Below the pieces are notes generated by a model. It had not been told where the DNA came from. It was given only the letters and a program-made list of their open reading frames with translations, and did no database searches. From assembly GCA_963841435.1 (NCBI GenBank), contig CAWJCS010000002.1, forward strand, positions 832,001 to 896,000: 64,000 nt of DNA, in the 5' to 3' direction. Each line of letters begins with the position of its first letter. Positions within the stretch are counted from its first letter, which is position 1. This stretch comes from an uncultured delta proteobacterium. GTDB taxonomy: Bacteria > Myxococcota_A > Polyangia > Polyangiales > Polyangiaceae. The position numbers and the translations under genes were made by a program. Shown here piece by piece: positions 59,793-64,000 of this stretch.

Positions 59793-61166
59793 CTAGTGGT
59801 GCTCCGCGTGCGCGTGGGCGGCCGGGTGGAACCCCTTGACCTCGGACATCGCCACCATCGGCAGGTAGCGACAGAAAAGGAGGAAGAGCGTGAAGAAGAG
59901 CCCGAAGCTGCCCGCGAGCGTCATGTAGTCGAAGGGTGTCGGGATGAAGTAGCCCCAGCTCGACGGCAAGAAATCCCGCGCGAGCGAGGTGCAGATGATG
60001 GTGAAGCGCTCGAACCACATGCCCACGTTGATGACCATGCCGATGAGCAGCGTGGCGAGCGGGCTGGTGCGGACCTTCTTGAACCAATGGAGCTGGGGCG
60101 AGACCACGTTGCACGTGATCATCGTCCAGTAGGCCCAGGCGTACGGACCAAAGGCGCGGTTGACGAAGGTGAAGCCCTCGTATTCGTTGCCCGAGTACCA
60201 GGCGACGAAAAACTCCATACCGTACGAGTAGCCGACCATCAGGCCAGTCGCGATCAGCACCTTGTTCATCAGCTCGAGGTGCTCGATCTTGATGATGCGC
60301 TTGAGGCCGAAGAGCTGGCGCGCCGGCACGGCGAGCGTCACCACCATGGCGAAGCCGCCGAAGATGGCGCCCGCGACGAAGTAGGGCGGGAAGATCGTGG
60401 TGTGCCAGCCCGGGATCTGGGCCGTGGCGAAGTCGAACGACACGACCGAGTGCACGCTGAGCACGAGGGGTGTCGCGAGCGCGGCGAGCAACAGGTACGC
60501 GCGCTCGTAGCGGTGCCACTGGCGCGACGAGCCGCGCCAGCCCATCGCGACGATGCCGTACGCGAGTCGACGGCCGAACGTCGTCGCCCGATCGCGGAAG
60601 CTCGCGAAATCCGGGATCATGCCCATGTACCAGAACACGATCGAGATCGTGGCGTAGGTGCTGACCGCGAAGATGTCCCACTCGAGTGGGCTTCGGAACT
60701 GCGGCCACATCACCATCTGGTTGGGGATGGGCATCATGTAATAGGGCAGCCAGGGACGACCGATGTGGATGCCTGGGAAGATGCCGGCGCAGATGACCGC
60801 GAAGATCGTCATCGCTTCGGCGAAGCGGTTGATCGCGGTGCGCCAGCCTTGCCGCAAAAGGAACAGGATGGCGCTGATGAGCGTCCCGGCGTGGCCGATA
60901 CCGATCCAAAACACGAAGTTTACGATCGGAAAGCCCCACGCGACGGGCATCATGTTTCCGTACACGCCGATCCCGGTCCAGAACAGCCACGCGACACTGA
61001 TCAGGAACAGCGAGAGCAGGCCAAGCGCACCGGCGAAGGCGATGTACCAAGCGCGCGGCGGGCGCTCCGCTTCCGCGATGCGCGCAACGTTGTCGGTGAT
61101 GCGCGCGAAGACGTTGTCGCCTGCGGGCGGGGTCACGAACGGGTTGAGGTCGGTCGCGGCGGCCAT
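59793..61166 (-). CDS. actC: Alternative complex III subunit C (NrfD family)
   Basis: [42 protein letters not shown]. Confidence 0.93.
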   Translation of the reverse strand: MAAATDLNPFVTPPAGDNVFARITDNVARIAEAERPPRAWYIAFAGALGLLSLFLISVAWLFWTGIGVYGNMMPVAWGFPIVNFVFWIGIGHAGTLISAILFLLRQGWRTAINRFAEAMTIFAVICAGIFPGIHIGRPWLPYYMMPIPNQMVMWPQFRSPLEWDIFAVSTYATISIVFWYMGMIPDFASFRDRATTFGRRLAYGIVAMGWRGSSRQWHRYERAYLLLAALATPLVLSVHSVVSFDFATAQIPGWHTTIFPPYFVAGAIFGGFAMVVTLAVPARQLFGLKRIIKIEHLELMNKVLIATGLMVGYSYGMEFFVAWYSGNEYEGFTFVNRAFGPYAWAYWTMITCNVVSPQLHWFKKVRTSPLATLLIGMVINVGMWFERFTIICTSLARDFLPSSWGYFIPTPFDYMTLAGSFGLFFTLFLLFCRYLPMVAMSEVKGFHPAAHAHAEHH

Positions 61167-61167
61167 C

Positions 61168-64000
61168 TCAGCCTAGTTCCGGGTTGGGGTTGCGGACGCG
61201 CCCGAGGTAGCGGACACGCGGGCGATTGTTGAGCTCGCCGAGCAACGCATACGCACGGGGCAGGTTGTGGAGCGAAGTGACCTGGGCGGCGCCGTCGTTG
61301 AGGTCGCCGAAGACGATGGCGCCGGCGGGGCACGTCTCCTGGCAAGCGGTGCGGATCTCGCCGTCCGGGATGCCGCGGCCGGCGTTCTTCGCCTTGATCT
61401 TCGCGTTCTGGATGCGCTGCACGCAGAACGTGCACTTCTCCATCACGCCGCGCGACCTGACCGTCACGTCCGGATTGAAGACCATCGACTTGACCTTCAT
61501 TTTCGGGTCTTCGGTGGGCGTGTAGGGCGTCACGCCGATCACGTCGACGTTGTAGTTGAAGTAGTTGAAGCGCCGGACCTTGTACGGGCAGTTGTTCGAG
61601 CAATACCGCGTGCCGATGCAGCGGTTGTAGACCATGTCGTTCAGCCCCTCGTGGCTGTGCATGGTCGCGCCCACGGGGCAGACCTGCTCGCACGGCGCGT
61701 TCTCGCACTGCTGGCAGGGAACGGGCTGGAACGCCATCTGCGCGTCCGCCGCCTCGCCCTTGTAGTAGCGATCGACGCGCAGCCAGAGCATCTCGCGGCC
61801 CTTGGCGAGGTTCGTCTTGCCGACGACGGGGATGTTGTTTTCCGCCTGGCAGGCCGTGACGCACGCGCTGCAGCCCGTGCATTTGTTGAGGTCGATCGAC
61901 ATGCCCCACTTGTGGCCGTCGTACGACACCGGGTCCATGAAGAGGTTGAGCAGCGGCTTGTGCTCCACGCGCTCTTCGACGAAGTGCGGGTCCTTCTTGA
62001 ACTCCTCGAGCGTTGCCTCGCGCAGGAGCTCTCCCATGCGCGTTTCCACACCCTCGCGCCCGATGGCGTCGATCGCGTGGATGTCCGTCGAGACCGAGAG
62101 CCGCGGTAGCTCCTGGGTCGAGTGGGCGATGCTGCCGCCGCCGGTCGAGTAGAGTGCCGCGGCGGTGCGGAACGCGTAGGCGTTCACGCCGACCGACCCC
62201 ACGTCGGCGCGCGTGGAGCCGCCGACCTGGCCCGCCGCCGTCCGGCCGTAGCCGAGCGTCAGAGCGATCGAGCCCTCGGCGTGGCCCGGCACCCAGAGCG
62301 CGGGCAGGGTGACGCTCCTTTCGCCGAGCGTCACGGTGCAGGGCTCGCCGTCCGCGATGCCGAGCTCTTCGCCCGTGACGGGGCTCATGAGCGCGGCGTT
62401 GTCCCATGCGAGCTTGGTGACCGGCTCCGGCAGCTCCTGGAGCCACCCGCTGTTGGCGAACGAGCCGTCGTGCACCTTGAGACAGGGACGGAAGGTGACC
62501 TCGAGCTTGCCATTTTGCAGCTTGGTCTGAGCCAGCTCGCGCTCGGAGAAATTGAGCGGGGGGATGGCGACGAGCTTCGGTGTCACGCGCTCGAACGCCG
62601 AGCGCTGCAAGAGGCCGTCGTGCACGGCGCGGCGGAACGGAGCCTCGCCGGGCAGTAGGCGCGCGTGCGTGTGCTTCACGAGATCAACCGCGCTCTCGCT
62701 CTTGGCGAGCAAGAGGGCCAAGAGCTCGATGGCCGAGCGGCCGCCGTAGATCGGCGCGATGAGAGGCTGCGCGATCGAGATCGTGCCGTCCCACGAGCGC
62801 GCGTCACCCCAGCTCTCGAGGTAGTGAGCCGCGTTTAGGTGCCAGGTCGAGCGCTGCGACGTTTCGTCGTCGTACAAGCTCAAGTGAATGCTGGTCTTGG
62901 CGTGGCCGATGGCGTCTGCGAACGCGATGTCGCCGGGCGCCGTGTAGGCGGGGTTGCCGCCGAGCACGAGCAGCGTATCGACGCGATCGTTTGCGAGCTC
63001 GTCGGCGAGCTGCTTGAGCGAGAGCACGTCGGCGATGCTCGGCGCGAACGGGTCTTCGACGTACTCGACCGTGCGACCCACGTTGCCGAGCACCTCGTTG
63101 AGGCGGTGACCCAGGGCATGCACCTCGGGAGGTTGCGTCGGGCCGACGACGACGAGGCTGCGTCCGACGTGCGCGGCCAGATCCTTGGCGACCGCGTCGA
63201 GGAACTTCGCCACGGCGGCGTCCGCGAGGAAGGCCGCCTTGGGAGGCGCCTGCGCGGCGCCGAGCTCGGGCAGGGGCTTGGCGAGCTCGCTCACCTTGGC
63301 GTCGAGCGCTGCGGCGAACGCCTTGATGAGCTCGGTACGCACGCCGAGTCGGTGGTCGGCCAGGCCGCCCACGAGCGAATGTTCGCACTCGACGCTGTAG
63401 ACGCGGCTCATCTCGCCGTCCGGGGCGCGTCCGGCGGCGACGCCGCGCGCGTGCGCGAGGTTTCCGGGGAACGACGGCGCGAACAGATCGGCGTCGAGCG
63501 TGAGGATGACGGCCGCCGCCTCGGGCTTGAGCAGAGTGCGATGCGCCTTGCCGAACGCCATCACCGAGCCGGCGCGCGGCGCGTCACTCTTCGCGGGAGC
63601 GAAGGTCGTCCACTTGGCGAGCGGGAACGCCTCGAGAAACTCGGCCTTGAGCGCGAGCAGCGTGGGTGAGGAGCTGGGCTCGGAGAGGACGCGGACGCCG
63701 TACCCGCGGCCGCCCCGGAGGCGGGCGAATTGCTCCTTCGCGAACTCGGAGAACGCTTCCCAGGTCGCCGGTGCCGCGGCCGCCTTGCCTCGGCGCATCG
63801 GCCGGTCGCTGCGGTCCGGGTCGTAGACACCGAGGACGCTTGCCTGATGCTGCGCGCTCGCGGCGCCCAGGCTTTCGGGGTGCATCGGGTTTCCGTCCAC
63901 CTTGATGGGCCGGCCGTCGTAGCTCGTGACGTGTAGCCCGACGGCGACCCCGTCGGTTTCCATCACGGTCGCAAAGCGACGCGTCGTGCCGGGGATCGTG
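61168..64000 (-). CDS. actB: Alternative complex III subunit B (molybdopterin-oxidoreductase-like + Fe-S), 5' truncated by window
   Basis: [58 protein letters not shown]. Confidence 0.93.
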   Translation of the reverse strand, partial: TIPGTTRRFATVMETDGVAVGLHVTSYDGRPIKVDGNPMHPESLGAASAQHQASVLGVYDPDRSDRPMRRGKAAAAPATWEAFSEFAKEQFARLRGGRGYGVRVLSEPSSSPTLLALKAEFLEAFPLAKWTTFAPAKSDAPRAGSVMAFGKAHRTLLKPEAAAVILTLDADLFAPSFPGNLAHARGVAAGRAPDGEMSRVYSVECEHSLVGGLADHRLGVRTELIKAFAAALDAKVSELAKPLPELGAAQAPPKAAFLADAAVAKFLDAVAKDLAAHVGRSLVVVGPTQPPEVHALGHRLNEVLGNVGRTVEYVEDPFAPSIADVLSLKQLADELANDRVDTLLVLGGNPAYTAPGDIAFADAIGHAKTSIHLSLYDDETSQRSTWHLNAAHYLESWGDARSWDGTISIAQPLIAPIYGGRSAIELLALLLAKSESAVDLVKHTHARLLPGEAPFRRAVHDGLLQRSAFERVTPKLVAIPPLNFSERELAQTKLQNGKLEVTFRPCLKVHDGSFANSGWLQELPEPVTKLAWDNAALMSPVTGEELGIADGEPCTVTLGERSVTLPALWVPGHAEGSIALTLGYGRTAAGQVGGSTRADVGSVGVNAYAFRTAAALYSTGGGSIAHSTQELPRLSVSTDIHAIDAIGREGVETRMGELLREATLEEFKKDPHFVEERVEHKPLLNLFMDPVSYDGHKWGMSIDLNKCTGCSACVTACQAENNIPVVGKTNLAKGREMLWLRVDRYYKGEAADAQMAFQPVPCQQCENAPCEQVCPVGATMHSHEGLNDMVYNRCIGTRYCSNNCPYKVRRFNYFNYNVDVIGVTPYTPTEDPKMKVKSMVFNPDVTVRSRGVMEKCTFCVQRIQNAKIKAKNAGRGIPDGEIRTACQETCPAGAIVFGDLNDGAAQVTSLHNLPRAYALLGELNNRPRVRYLGRVRNPNPELG

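Overview
High-GC window that looks like a myxobacterium, probably Polyangiaceae-like (TIGR02266 domain, MYXO-CTERM, many Ser/Thr kinases). Scattered 1-bp indels suggest a long-read assembly. Core-like flanks: at 1-11.9 kb, type III glutamine synthetase, an ABC-F ATPase, a peroxiredoxin and a diheme lipoprotein; at 31-64 kb, gloB, PilZ/TIGR02266, kinases, DsbA-like proteins, MATE, pyrG, dacB and an alternative complex III + caa3 oxidase cluster. Between them is an accessory zone downstream of tRNA-Arg(CCG) (30865-30938, minus strand). It holds an ~11.6-kb integrated element bounded by a 43-bp tRNA 3'-end direct repeat (19308-19350 / 30864-30906). The element encodes a tyrosine integrase, a primase-helicase with an iteron-like origin, a possible small terminase, an RHH-scaffold-like fusion and a nucleotidyltransferase pair, but no recognisable capsid or tail genes, so it is a candidate phage satellite. 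A 1573-nt poly(A) + 445-nt poly(T) block sits at the element's left end and is most likely an artefact. Outside the att lie a 148-bp tandem array whose units carry the tRNA 3' end and ~7 kb of decayed cargo. All family calls come from motif recognition, not database searches.
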